A stretch of 64,000 nt of DNA, taken from contig MTMY01000031.1 of NCBI GenBank assembly GCA_002010215.1, positions 1 through 64,000 of the forward strand. The letters are read 5' to 3'. A model generated the notes under the pieces. That model ran no database searches. It saw only the letters and a list, made by a program, of their open reading frames with translations, and was not told the DNA's origin. The stretch's first letter is position 1; the number at the start of each line of letters is the position of its first letter. Shown here piece by piece: positions 18,790-28,327 of this stretch. A program made the position numbers and the translations under genes. This DNA is from Archaeoglobus sp. JdFR-37 (GTDB lineage Archaea > Halobacteriota > Archaeoglobi > Archaeoglobales > Archaeoglobaceae).

Positions 18790-19590
18790 ATGCGCATTAC
18801 CGTAATTTTCTCTCCTGCTCTGAAAAACAGCATCCTTGCGACCTCTAAAAGACTAATGAACTTGGAACACATAGCTTCATCTCATAATATTCCTCTCACC
18901 CCACCTGATGTAGAAGTTGATGAATATCTCATGAAAATTCATTCCAAAGAGCATCTAGAGAGGGTTAGAAACCTTCCTTTTTTCAATACGGCCTATGAAA
19001 GCGTAAAGTGCGTTGTCAAAGCTGGGGATGCCATTAAAGATTTTGACCTCGTTATCGTTCCAACCTCTGGAACTGGTCACAGTGCTGAGAAGGATAAGTT
19101 CAGAGGCTACAGCCTCTTTAATGATGTGGCTATTTTGGTGGAGAAGCTGAAGGATGCTGGCCACAAGAGGATAGCTGTAATAGATACCGATGCCCACCAT
19201 GGAAATTCTGCTGCGATAATTGGAGAAAAGACTCTTTACCTTTGCATAGCAGGGGAACCTGAGTGCTTTGAGGAAGGTATGCTTGTTTGCAAGCCTGCCA
19301 GAGACATGACGAGGGAAGAGTACATCAGCGCATTCAACAAAACACTTGAAATTCTGGACTCCTATGCTCCTGAAGTGATAGTGTGGTATTTCGGGCAGGA
19401 TACTCATTTCTTGGAATATTCTGGCATGAACTTAAACGGGGAATGCTACGATGAAATGATCAACGCAGCCCTCAGACTGGCGAATGGGCGGAAGCTGATT
19501 GTTCTGCTGGCATCTGGATCGAGAGAAGACGTTTTCGATGAAATTGTAAAGTGTTTTATAATTACTGCCAGAAAAATTGAAAGCGAGTAA
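18790..19590 (+). CDS. Histone-deacetylase-fold protein (degenerate active site)
   Basis: 'IHS.EH', GHSA, G.SLFND, 'IDTDAHHGN', GQDTH. Confidence 0.75.
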   Translation: MRITVIFSPALKNSILATSKRLMNLEHIASSHNIPLTPPDVEVDEYLMKIHSKEHLERVRNLPFFNTAYESVKCVVKAGDAIKDFDLVIVPTSGTGHSAEKDKFRGYSLFNDVAILVEKLKDAGHKRIAVIDTDAHHGNSAAIIGEKTLYLCIAGEPECFEEGMLVCKPARDMTREEYISAFNKTLEILDSYAPEVIVWYFGQDTHFLEYSGMNLNGECYDEMINAALRLANGRKLIVLLASGSREDVFDEIVKCFIITARKIESE

Positions 19591-19651
19591 AACTAAAGCT
19601 TATAAGCAGAACCCGAAAGGATTTTGATGAACCTCCAGACGGAGGTGTGAT

Positions 19652-20221
19652 ATGACCGGTGAGATGCTTATAAAATTCCTGGACGGCATAGAAAAGCACA
19701 TAGGAACGCTCAAAAGAGAGATTGATCTTGGTCAGGTCGAGGAAATGATAAATGCCATTCAAAATGCCAAGAGCATTTTCGTTATGGGTGCGGGAAGGAG
19801 CGGTTTTATCGCTAAAGCATTTGCCATGCGACTCATGCATTTGGGCTTCAACGTTTATGTTGTTGGAGAAACAGTCACCCCCAGAATTGGGAGAGAGGAT
19901 GTTCTCATAGCAATCTCCGGAAGTGGTGAGACCACGAGTGTCGTCAATATAAGCAGGAAAGCCAAAGAGTTAATAGGTTCAAAATTGATTGCAATAACTC
20001 ACAGAAGTGATTCCACTCTTGCAAAAATGAGCGATGTTGTGGTTCTGCTTAAAGGTAAAATCAAGACAGAAAGGAATGAAGAGGTTGCTAAAATCGCTCC
20101 CTTGGGCACAATGTTCGAACTTTCGTCCATGATCTTCTTGGATGGTATAATTGCTGAACTCATGGCTCTGAAAAGCCTTACAGAGAAAGATCTGGAAGAG
20201 AGGCATGCGGTATTGGAGTGA
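19652..20221 (+). CDS. hxlB: 6-phospho-3-hexuloisomerase
   Basis: GAGRSG, AFAMRLMHLG, SGSGET, APLGTMFE, RHA.LE. Confidence 0.95.
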   Translation: MTGEMLIKFLDGIEKHIGTLKREIDLGQVEEMINAIQNAKSIFVMGAGRSGFIAKAFAMRLMHLGFNVYVVGETVTPRIGREDVLIAISGSGETTSVVNISRKAKELIGSKLIAITHRSDSTLAKMSDVVVLLKGKIKTERNEEVAKIAPLGTMFELSSMIFLDGIIAELMALKSLTEKDLEERHAVLE

Positions 20222-20281
20222 CCGTGTTGGAGTAATGAGAATTATGACAAAGAATCATCAGGAGGTGTAAAAATTAGTGAA

Positions 20282-21334
20282 TTGGGTTATTTAAAGGAGC
20301 TTTTGCAGAAACTCAGCGATGCTCACGGGATTAGTGGTAGAGAAAGTGAAGTCGCTGAGGTAATTGAAAAGGAGCTGGATGGGTTTGTTGATGACATAAA
20401 TGTTGATGCAATGGGTAACATTGTTTGCGTAAAGAAAGGAGATGACCTGAAGCTGATGGTTGCAGCCCACATGGATGAGATAGGTTTCATGGTGAAGTAT
20501 GTAGATGATCGGGGTTATCTCAGAGTCACACCCATCGGAGGCTGGTTTTCTCAGACTGTGCTGAACCAAAGAGTCATTTTACATGGCAAGAAGGGGAAAG
20601 TTTACGGAGTTATCGGATGCAAACCACCTCACCTGATGAAAGAGGACGAGCGGAAAAAGGTAATAGAGATAAAGGATATGTTCGTGGATGTTGGAGCATC
20701 ATCGAAAGATGAGGTTCTTGAGATGGGCGTTGAGATAGGCACCCCAGTAACCATCGACAGAGAATTCACTGTGCTTAAGGGGACTAAGGTGACAGGAAAG
20801 GCTTTTGATAACAGAGCTGGAGTGGCGATGATGATTTCAGCGATACGGGAGACCAAAAGCGATGCAACGATTTATGGTGTGGCGACGGTTCAGGAGGAGG
20901 TTGGACTTAAAGGAGCTAGAACATCTGCGTTCGCTGTAGAGCCCCATGCCGCCATTGTGACTGAGGTGTGTGTTGCAACAGATTTTCCGGGAGCAGAGTC
21001 AGCCTACATGGATGTGAAACTGGGCAAAGGCCCGGCGATTACAGTGGCTGACGCTTCTGGGAGAGGTCTTATAGCCTCTAAGAAAGTTCTGGACTGGCTG
21101 TGCAGTACTGCTGAGAAATACGGGATATCTTACCAGCTTGAGGTGGCTGAAGGCGGAACCACTGATGCTACAGCCATCCATCTTACCAAAAGCGGTATTC
21201 CATCGGGAGTTGTGAGTGTTCCAACTCGCTACATCCACACCCCTGTTGAGGTGCTTGATCTATCTGATCTTGAAAAGTCATCCCTGCTGGTGGCAAGAGC
21301 ACTTGAAACCGCAAGTAAACACTTCAAACCTTAA
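20282..21334 (+). CDS. M42-family (TET) aminopeptidase
   Basis: AHMDEIG, KAFDNR, VQEEVG, GGTTD, RYIH. Confidence 0.92.
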   Translation: MGYLKELLQKLSDAHGISGRESEVAEVIEKELDGFVDDINVDAMGNIVCVKKGDDLKLMVAAHMDEIGFMVKYVDDRGYLRVTPIGGWFSQTVLNQRVILHGKKGKVYGVIGCKPPHLMKEDERKKVIEIKDMFVDVGASSKDEVLEMGVEIGTPVTIDREFTVLKGTKVTGKAFDNRAGVAMMISAIRETKSDATIYGVATVQEEVGLKGARTSAFAVEPHAAIVTEVCVATDFPGAESAYMDVKLGKGPAITVADASGRGLIASKKVLDWLCSTAEKYGISYQLEVAEGGTTDATAIHLTKSGIPSGVVSVPTRYIHTPVEVLDLSDLEKSSLLVARALETASKHFKP

Positions 21335-21515
21335 CTGAAAATAATTATGAATTTCTTATCTTATTTAAAATTTTTCCAGTTGATAATGTCTTTAAGGTTT
21401 TTTTATGGTTTGGTTTGGCAGAATATTGCTTCTTATTCGTAATGTTTCGCAAAGTTTTAATATTTCTACATATAACCCTCGGCGATGTTTGGGCTGAAAA
21501 ATTGGAGGTGGTAAA

Positions 21516-23519
21516 TTGAACCCACTGCTGCTGACGACCCTGCCAACGAGAGAACTCCTTTTTGGCGTTGAGGATTCTGTGGTTTTAACATTCCATTACG
21601 TCCTTTTCGTCCTTGCTGCCATAGTCTTTCTTGTAGGAGCCTACAAGTGGTACCGATTCATCTCAACTGGCCGAAGAGATGAAGAGAGGCTGGATAACCT
21701 AGGCAGCAGAATCTGGTTGATGCTCAAGGACGGCTTTGCATTCGTCAGGTTGTATGTGAGAGAAGCTAAGATGGGGATTATGCACATTCTGATTCTCTGG
21801 GGCTTTATTTTGCTGACAATTGGGACCATTGTTTTGACCATAGCTGATCACACACCCTTCGAGTTCTTCAAAGGCACTTTTTACCTCATACACGAATTTC
21901 TGATGGACTCCGCCGGTGTGGCATTTTTGCTGGGTTTAGCCATCGCCATTGCTAACAGATACGGGTTAAAACCATCCAGATTCAAGAAAAAGTGGGAGAA
22001 GGCCAACGATGATGGCTTAGTGCTGATATTGCTGGTTGTAATTGGCATTCTCGGATTTCTGGTTGAGGGAATGAGAATTGCAATAGGCATGGATGCTTAT
22101 ACTGCATACATAGGGGCATTACTTGGCAGAATCTTACCTTGGGGTCTTGGAACATACAGATTTCTCTGGAGTGCCCACTCAATTCTGGCCCTGATATTCA
22201 TAGCCCTCATACCCTTCACCAAGCTAGCTCACGTTATAGCAGCACCGCTGAATATCTTAACTAGGAGCAACAGACACCCCGGAGTTGCGAGAGGCATAGA
22301 AGATGAAGAGTACATGGGCGCCATCGAGGTCAAAGACCTCCAGTGGAGGGATTTACTCTCCAGCTTAGCATGCATGCGCTGCGGAAGATGTCAGGATGCA
22401 TGTCCGGCGACAAACAGCAATACAACTCTTTCTCCCATGCACCTCATGCAGAACCTAAGGTATCTCGGTAATACAGCCTTTGGGATGCTAGGAATGCGGG
22501 GCAATTTGAAAGAAGGGCAGGATACCATGTTGCTGGACAATGTACTGGACATGGAAGCAGTATGGGCTTGCACAACGTGCAGAGCGTGTATGGAGATGTG
22601 CCCGGTTTACATAGAGCAGATGGAAATCATTCAGGAAATGAGGAGAGGCGTCGTTGAGAGCGGAGAAGCACCTCCAGATATAAGGGATTTGCTGACAAAC
22701 ATAACCAAGCAGCGAAACCCTTGGGGTGAAGCAAAATACAAGAGGGATGCATGGGCAAAGGATGTGGGCGTGCCGAAAGTGAAGGATAATCCTGAGTTCG
22801 AGTGGCTCTGGTGGGTGGGCTGTGCACACAGCTTCGACAACCGCAACAAGCCCATAGCTGTCAAAATCGCCCAGATTCTGGAAGAGCTCGGAATAAATTA
22901 CGCAACCCTTGGGAGAGAAGAAGGCTGCTGCGGCAACGATGTCAGGAGAGTTGGAGAAGAAGGGCTTTTCCAGATGCTGAAGGAGGAGAACGAAACGGCA
23001 TTCCAGAAGTACGGAGTGGAGAGGATAATAGCAACATCTCCCCACTGCTTCAACACCTTCAAGAACGAGTATGAGGGCTACAACGTCAAGTTCCTCTTGG
23101 AAGTCATATATGAAGCGATAAAAGACGGCAGAATCAAGTTCAAGAAGCCCATAAACAGGAAAGTGACTTTCCACGACCCATGTTACTTGGGCAGGTACAA
23201 TGGGATGTATGAGCTGCCTAGAGAAATACTCAAGGCAATTCCAGGCATTGAGCTGGTTGAGATGCCCAGAAACAGGGAAAAATCGTTCTGCTGTGGAGCC
23301 GGAGGTGGGAACCTCGTCAGAGAGTATCCGGGAGATGATAGGCCCAACAATATCAGAGCGAGAGAGGCTGCAGAAACTGGAGCAGATGTTCTGGCCGTAG
23401 CGTGCCCCTTCTGTATGATAATGCTTGAGGATGGTGTTAAGAGCGTTGGAGTTGATGACAGGTTGCAGGTGCTGGATGTGATCGAGTTGGTCTGGGAATC
23501 TGCTTTTAGTGAAGAATAA
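21516..23519 (+). CDS. Membrane-anchored heterodisulfide-reductase-like Fe-S protein (NarI + 2x[4Fe-4S] + 2 CCG; HdrF/FadF type)
   Basis: TM region with His residues, CMRCGRCQDACP, CTTCRACMEMCP, two CCG domains. Confidence 0.88.
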   Translation: MNPLLLTTLPTRELLFGVEDSVVLTFHYVLFVLAAIVFLVGAYKWYRFISTGRRDEERLDNLGSRIWLMLKDGFAFVRLYVREAKMGIMHILILWGFILLTIGTIVLTIADHTPFEFFKGTFYLIHEFLMDSAGVAFLLGLAIAIANRYGLKPSRFKKKWEKANDDGLVLILLVVIGILGFLVEGMRIAIGMDAYTAYIGALLGRILPWGLGTYRFLWSAHSILALIFIALIPFTKLAHVIAAPLNILTRSNRHPGVARGIEDEEYMGAIEVKDLQWRDLLSSLACMRCGRCQDACPATNSNTTLSPMHLMQNLRYLGNTAFGMLGMRGNLKEGQDTMLLDNVLDMEAVWACTTCRACMEMCPVYIEQMEIIQEMRRGVVESGEAPPDIRDLLTNITKQRNPWGEAKYKRDAWAKDVGVPKVKDNPEFEWLWWVGCAHSFDNRNKPIAVKIAQILEELGINYATLGREEGCCGNDVRRVGEEGLFQMLKEENETAFQKYGVERIIATSPHCFNTFKNEYEGYNVKFLLEVIYEAIKDGRIKFKKPINRKVTFHDPCYLGRYNGMYELPREILKAIPGIELVEMPRNREKSFCCGAGGGNLVREYPGDDRPNNIRAREAAETGADVLAVACPFCMIMLEDGVKSVGVDDRLQVLDVIELVWESAFSEE

Positions 23520-23591
23520 TTTAATTTATTTAATTTAATAATTTTCACTACAGCAACAACGTTTTGCTGGATCGGGTTTAAAACAACATAA

Positions 23592-24203
23592 ATGAGGGAA
23601 GGAATTCCGGTGGTTATTGTCATTTCTCTGCTATTTCTTTTGAGAGTACTTGTTCCTCCATTAGAGATCTCATATATGGGCTATCATGAAGGGTTTATGG
23701 AAAGGATGAAAGAGGGAGATAGAGGATACCTCCTGAACAGCCCCGGACCAAATTCATCGCTGATGGAGAACTTTCAATACATTTACAATCTGCCCTATGT
23801 CACCGATATGGAGTTGTATGGCTTAGTAGAGTATTTTGCATCAGCTGAAGAGTTCTTTGCCTTTAAAGCAGGAGATTGCGAGGATAAGGCGATAGCTCTT
23901 GCGTCGTCAGCGTATCATCTTGGTGAGCCGTATAACCAGACAGATTACGTGAAGGTTGTGTTCGGGTCTGTGGACGCATCGACAATTGAGGCAGCACCTC
24001 TTTCCTCTTTCATAGCTTCATATTATTTTGGGCATGCTTGGGTTGAAATCGGCCATGATAATGTTACAGTGTATGACCCTACTCTTGGCATAATTATGGG
24101 CAAGGAAGAGTACTACAGAAAGTTTGTTGTCAGATTCAATCCAGATATGAATGCCAGACTGAAAATTTTCTGGTTCTCATGGCACAGCTCAGGTTTTGAG
24201 TGA
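23592..24203 (+). CDS. Secreted or membrane-anchored transglutaminase-like Cys protease
   Basis: N-terminal hydrophobic segment; triad GDCEDKA, GHAWV, YDPT. Confidence 0.75.
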   Translation: MREGIPVVIVISLLFLLRVLVPPLEISYMGYHEGFMERMKEGDRGYLLNSPGPNSSLMENFQYIYNLPYVTDMELYGLVEYFASAEEFFAFKAGDCEDKAIALASSAYHLGEPYNQTDYVKVVFGSVDASTIEAAPLSSFIASYYFGHAWVEIGHDNVTVYDPTLGIIMGKEEYYRKFVVRFNPDMNARLKIFWFSWHSSGFE

Positions 24204-24317
24204 GATTGAGGCATTTTAGAATCTCCTTTAAAAGGTCTAGATAATGCAGAATCAGCGTTATTCATTCATCGTTAACTTGAAGTTTGGCAAACACCTTAGA
24301 TTTTTTAACATCTAATA

Positions 24318-24349
24318 CTGACACCCTCTCGCCCGCCCTGAGGTTTCAG
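24318..24349 (-). mobile_element. Possible IS200/IS605-family terminal remnant
   Basis: Minus strand reads CTGAAACCTCAGGGCGGGCGAGAGGGTGTCAG. This resembles archaeal IS605 right ends (..AGGGCGG..GTCAG) with a partly deleted hairpin. It is a GC-rich patch in an AT-rich spacer. Confidence 0.3.
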
Positions 24350-24461
24350 ATATTTCGCAATTATCTAAATTTTAACACTTTCAATATGGAATAGTTAGAG
24401 GTTGGGGGGCGAAGTAAGGAAGTACATGTTTCAGGAATATGGCCAACTGAAACCTACACCA

Positions 24462-26771
24462 CTATGGGAAATACTGAAACTCTGTCACCTCTTCATACTT
24501 CTCAAGTTCAACCGCTCTCTTCCTGCCTTTCAGCACAAGCCTTGCCACCTCCATTGCCCCAATTCTGTTGAGAGGCTGGTTGTTATTGCCGCACTGATAG
24601 CTGTAGGTGCATCTCGGACAGCCATCGATCCGCCTGCACTCACAGCTTTTGAGAACTTCATATGCAATTTCAAAGGCTCTGCTGAATCTTCTGAAAAGGA
24701 GTTTGCTGAGTCCAGCACCTCCTTTAACAGCATCGTAAATGAAAATATCTCCTTCAGGTGTTGAGATTCCACCCATTTGTTGCGATGCTCCGCCCGTAAC
24801 AGCATCACTGGCTTCAATAAGCACGTGTTCCAGAGCGTGAAAACTCCCTGCAAAGAAATCCTCGTAATCCATAGCCGGAGGAAATGGTGCAGAGAAAATT
24901 ATCCCTTTAGTGGGGAAAGTATAGCTTATGGGCTCATCCAGATACTGCACGCCCTTTCTTTCTCCGGTGAAAACATCCCTCTCTATGTATCCATAAATGC
25001 TCATGGTAATCTCCATGGAGCAGTAGTAGGTATCTAGGGGCTCCTGAACAGACTCAATAACTTCAATAATCCTGGGAATCGAAGTATAGAGAGGATCTGT
25101 AATTGTTCTCCCGTCGTCCTTCTCAACTACCGCCTCTCTCTTCCTCAAGTCCAGTGAAAGGCTCCTGATTCTCCTTCCGTTATGTATCACAACCCCGCCA
25201 GGGAAGAGCTCTTTCAGAGCTATTGGCAGCGTTCTCTCTCCGATGATCTCACAATCCATCACCATTTTCACAGTATCTCCCACACCCCTCATGCTGAAAG
25301 AGGAGATGAAATCTGCAATGGAGGGGGAAGCAAGGATAAACCCGTTGGCATCGAAGATTAGCTTTCTCCTCTCCAGCCCTTCAACCACCCTCTTCCAGTT
25401 TTCTCGGATCTCATTTCTGCTGAGGGGCATCTCCATGCACATGGATGCGATGTGGAAAATCATGAGCTCCTCGTTATTTTTCTCCACATAGGCCTGGAAC
25501 TCATCCTTGAAGTAGTCCTCTGGCTTCATGCGGTAGTAATTACTTATTGCATCTTCTTCCCTCAGCAGAAGCACTGCAACACTTTCCTGCCCCATTCTAC
25601 CTGCTCTTCCAGACCGCTGAATGAACTGGCTGTAGTTCACTAATTCCGAAATAACAACATCCACATCACCTATGTCTATGCCGAGTTCGAGAGTTGGCGT
25701 TGAAACAACAACCTTGATCTCCCCTCTCTTGAATTTTCTCTCTACTTCGTCCCTCACACTCTTTGGCAACCCACTCTTGTGCACTGCAGCCCTAATACCT
25801 TCTCTGTTCAGTATCCAGCCCATTGTTTCAACGCTTTTCCAGCTGTTTCCGAAGATGAGTATCTTCCTTCCATAGAGAGCCTTTACAATGTCTCTGACAG
25901 CAGAATACAGGTTGCTGTATCGCATTATCAGGTGGGTTCTGGCTTTCCGGTGTTTTCCGCTTACGTGCACAAACTCCTTCTCAAACAACTCCTCCGCAAA
26001 CTCCTTGGCATTTGCTATGGTCGCAGACCCGCATGCTATCTGGAAATCGGAGAAGCGATAGAGGCGCTGGAAAAGGTAGTGCATGTTGGTTCCAAGCACT
26101 CCTGTATAGCTGTGAAGTTCATCCACGGCAACGTAGCAGAGTTCTTCAACAAAATCCCTGAATGCGCTGGTGTTCCGGAGGTGAAAATCCACCATGTCGG
26201 GGTTCGTCAGTATTATATCAGCTTTGCCGGAAAAAACAGCCTTTCTCTCTGCGTAGCTAGAATCTCCGTCAAATCTCACTAGATTCAAACCGAGTTTTGA
26301 TGCATAGAACTTCAGCTTCTGCTCCTGATCTCTGGCAAGAGCCTTTGTCGGGTAAAAGACGGCAGCTCTGCCATCATTCTCAGCCACCCGGGCAAACATG
26401 GGCATAGCAAATGCCTCAGTCTTCCCAAATCCAGTGGGAGCCGTTATGACCACATTTTTACAGTCTAAAAGCTCTTCCATTGCTCTTTTCTGAAATGGAT
26501 AGAGCTTCTCAATTCCTCTGAGTTTCAAAATCCTCTTTATAGGATCAGGAATTGCGACTTCATCCAGATCCACACTTGGCTCTGCACTTTCTGGCTCGAA
26601 AACCCGATAAAAAACAATCTCATCTGATGTGTCGAAAAGCGGAACCAATTCCTTTTTCCCGGAAACTTCCATAAGGAACTTGAGGTTCTTCTCCCTGATG
26701 CTTTCCTTCTCACATATACACCTTCGCTTAATCCTTCCGCACCGGTTACAGAATAACTCTGAAACATCCAT
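24462..26771 (-). CDS. DEAH-box helicase with C-terminal DUF1998 Zn domain (Hrq/MrfA-like)
   Basis: APTGFGKT, PTKALA.DQ, DELH, TLELGIDIG, QRSGRAGR, HALEH, C.C...GCPRC. Confidence 0.9.
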   Translation of the reverse strand: MDVSELFCNRCGRIKRRCICEKESIREKNLKFLMEVSGKKELVPLFDTSDEIVFYRVFEPESAEPSVDLDEVAIPDPIKRILKLRGIEKLYPFQKRAMEELLDCKNVVITAPTGFGKTEAFAMPMFARVAENDGRAAVFYPTKALARDQEQKLKFYASKLGLNLVRFDGDSSYAERKAVFSGKADIILTNPDMVDFHLRNTSAFRDFVEELCYVAVDELHSYTGVLGTNMHYLFQRLYRFSDFQIACGSATIANAKEFAEELFEKEFVHVSGKHRKARTHLIMRYSNLYSAVRDIVKALYGRKILIFGNSWKSVETMGWILNREGIRAAVHKSGLPKSVRDEVERKFKRGEIKVVVSTPTLELGIDIGDVDVVISELVNYSQFIQRSGRAGRMGQESVAVLLLREEDAISNYYRMKPEDYFKDEFQAYVEKNNEELMIFHIASMCMEMPLSRNEIRENWKRVVEGLERRKLIFDANGFILASPSIADFISSFSMRGVGDTVKMVMDCEIIGERTLPIALKELFPGGVVIHNGRRIRSLSLDLRKREAVVEKDDGRTITDPLYTSIPRIIEVIESVQEPLDTYYCSMEITMSIYGYIERDVFTGERKGVQYLDEPISYTFPTKGIIFSAPFPPAMDYEDFFAGSFHALEHVLIEASDAVTGGASQQMGGISTPEGDIFIYDAVKGGAGLSKLLFRRFSRAFEIAYEVLKSCECRRIDGCPRCTYSYQCGNNNQPLNRIGAMEVARLVLKGRKRAVELEKYEEVTEFQYFP

Positions 26772-26872
26772 TATTCAGACTAGCTGGCTAGGAATAATAG
26801 GGTTTTTGGGTGTGGCGAAAATATTGGTTGTTGAGGGGGATATATTGGTGGAAAATAAGCTAAGAAGACGAA

Positions 26873-27451
26873 TTACGAAAACGTTTTGGGCGTCATGAAG
26901 TAGCCAATCAGAGACAACAGGTATGTTGCTGCCACTGGAACTGCACAGCTTATCACCGCCTTACTCATAGTTAAATTCCGCCACCTGCTGATTCCGAAGC
27001 TCCATATGGTAAGCTGCCAGAGTGAGATGGCGAGGCCGAACACCATTGATTCTGGGTTTCTTAACTGCATTGTGGTTACAGCACTCATGGCAACGTAATA
27101 GCTGATAGGGCTGAGAATCAGAACAGGGATGTAGCCCAGCGAGGTGACTTTGAGACTCTTTGCAAAATCTCCTACGGCACCAAGCAAGCTTGAGATAATG
27201 TGGATTACTCCAGTATAGAGCACCCATCCCACGAAAGTCGAAATGAAAGCCGAAACGACAGCAAAAACTTTTACAACATCTCCCAACATTGCTGCTTCGG
27301 CTGGAAGTTTGATGTTCTCAATGGCAGAGAGGGTAATGTATGCTCCCACTATACCATTAAGGGTGACTATAAGCAAACTGATCCAGATCGGGAAATCTTC
27401 TGTTTCTTTAAAGAACTTGCTGGGATTAAAAAGGACATCCAGAACGTTCAT
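26873..27451 (-). CDS. Yip1-family membrane protein
   Basis: 'VL.NP.KFF', about 5 TM segments, 'LGYIP'. Confidence 0.75.
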   Translation of the reverse strand: MNVLDVLFNPSKFFKETEDFPIWISLLIVTLNGIVGAYITLSAIENIKLPAEAAMLGDVVKVFAVVSAFISTFVGWVLYTGVIHIISSLLGAVGDFAKSLKVTSLGYIPVLILSPISYYVAMSAVTTMQLRNPESMVFGLAISLWQLTIWSFGISRWRNLTMSKAVISCAVPVAATYLLSLIGYFMTPKTFS

Positions 27452-27547
27452 GAAGTTTCACTGCATTCATGGAATATATAGTTTTATCTTACTTTTACTT
27501 AATAAACACCACAAAAATTTTTAATGATTAATCCCAATAATTAGTGT

Positions 27548-27988
27548 ATGGCAAAGGTGAAGATGAGTTTTATTGGCTCTGAAGGGGTGGAGAAGTTTGT
27601 TGCCGAAGCTTACAACTATGGGTACAGTGTTGGGCCAAGAGGAGAATGGAGAATGGTTATAGCCTTAGAAGAACGGGAGGTTCTTGCAAATAGAGATGTT
27701 GAGGTCCATATTGAACCAATCAAAATCCCTGAAGGTTCCATCATTTTCCCGTGCATCGTTCAGAGAAATGCTCTTGGATATTTAGCAGGATTAACCAGAA
27801 AAGGGAAGCCTAAGAAGATAGAGGAGAAGAGGGAGTTTGATACCGCCATATTTCATCCCATAAGGGATGGCAAAATTGAATATGGGGAGCTTCTTGGCGT
27901 GGTTAATATTCTCTACGCCAAAGCTGAGGTCAAACTTGTTGAAGCTTACGAGAAGTGGATTGCAGAGAGATATAGATTCTTCCATTAG
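27548..27988 (+). CDS. DUF22-like protein
   Basis: 'GEW..VIA.E', 'I.PI.IP', 'RNALG', 'DG.I..GELLGV.N'. The family is typical of Archaeoglobi (from memory). Confidence 0.65.
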   Translation: MAKVKMSFIGSEGVEKFVAEAYNYGYSVGPRGEWRMVIALEEREVLANRDVEVHIEPIKIPEGSIIFPCIVQRNALGYLAGLTRKGKPKKIEEKREFDTAIFHPIRDGKIEYGELLGVVNILYAKAEVKLVEAYEKWIAERYRFFH

Positions 27989-28000
27989 GCAGGGTTATTT

Positions 28001-28321
28001 ATGCTTTACAGTCTTGAAATCGAAAAATCTCTTGCTGAGAGGATTAGGGAGCTGGACGACGAGGAAGTGTTGGTATTGAAAGCGATACGCTGGTATCTGG
28101 ATAACATGGAACCAAAGGAGATTGGAGAAGAGGAGAGATCCCGCATAACTCCTAGGCTATGCTCTGTTCTGGACAATGAAGTGATGCAAATTGACATTCC
28201 TACTGAGCTGTGGGATAGGCTCAAAACATTTAGCGATAAAAACCGTTTGAGAGTTCACAATGTAATAAAGGAAGCCATAAGGGAGTACATCTTTGAGCAC
28301 TATACAAAAAAAGGGTTATGA
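28001..28321 (+). CDS. Putative ribbon-helix-helix DNA-binding protein (possibly tandem RHH)
   Basis: C-terminal 'IDIPTELWDRLK...VHNVIKEAIREYI'; similar N-terminal 'SLEIEKSLAERI...VLKAIRWYL'. Confidence 0.5.
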   Translation: MLYSLEIEKSLAERIRELDDEEVLVLKAIRWYLDNMEPKEIGEEERSRITPRLCSVLDNEVMQIDIPTELWDRLKTFSDKNRLRVHNVIKEAIREYIFEHYTKKGL

Positions 28322-28327
28322 AAAGGG

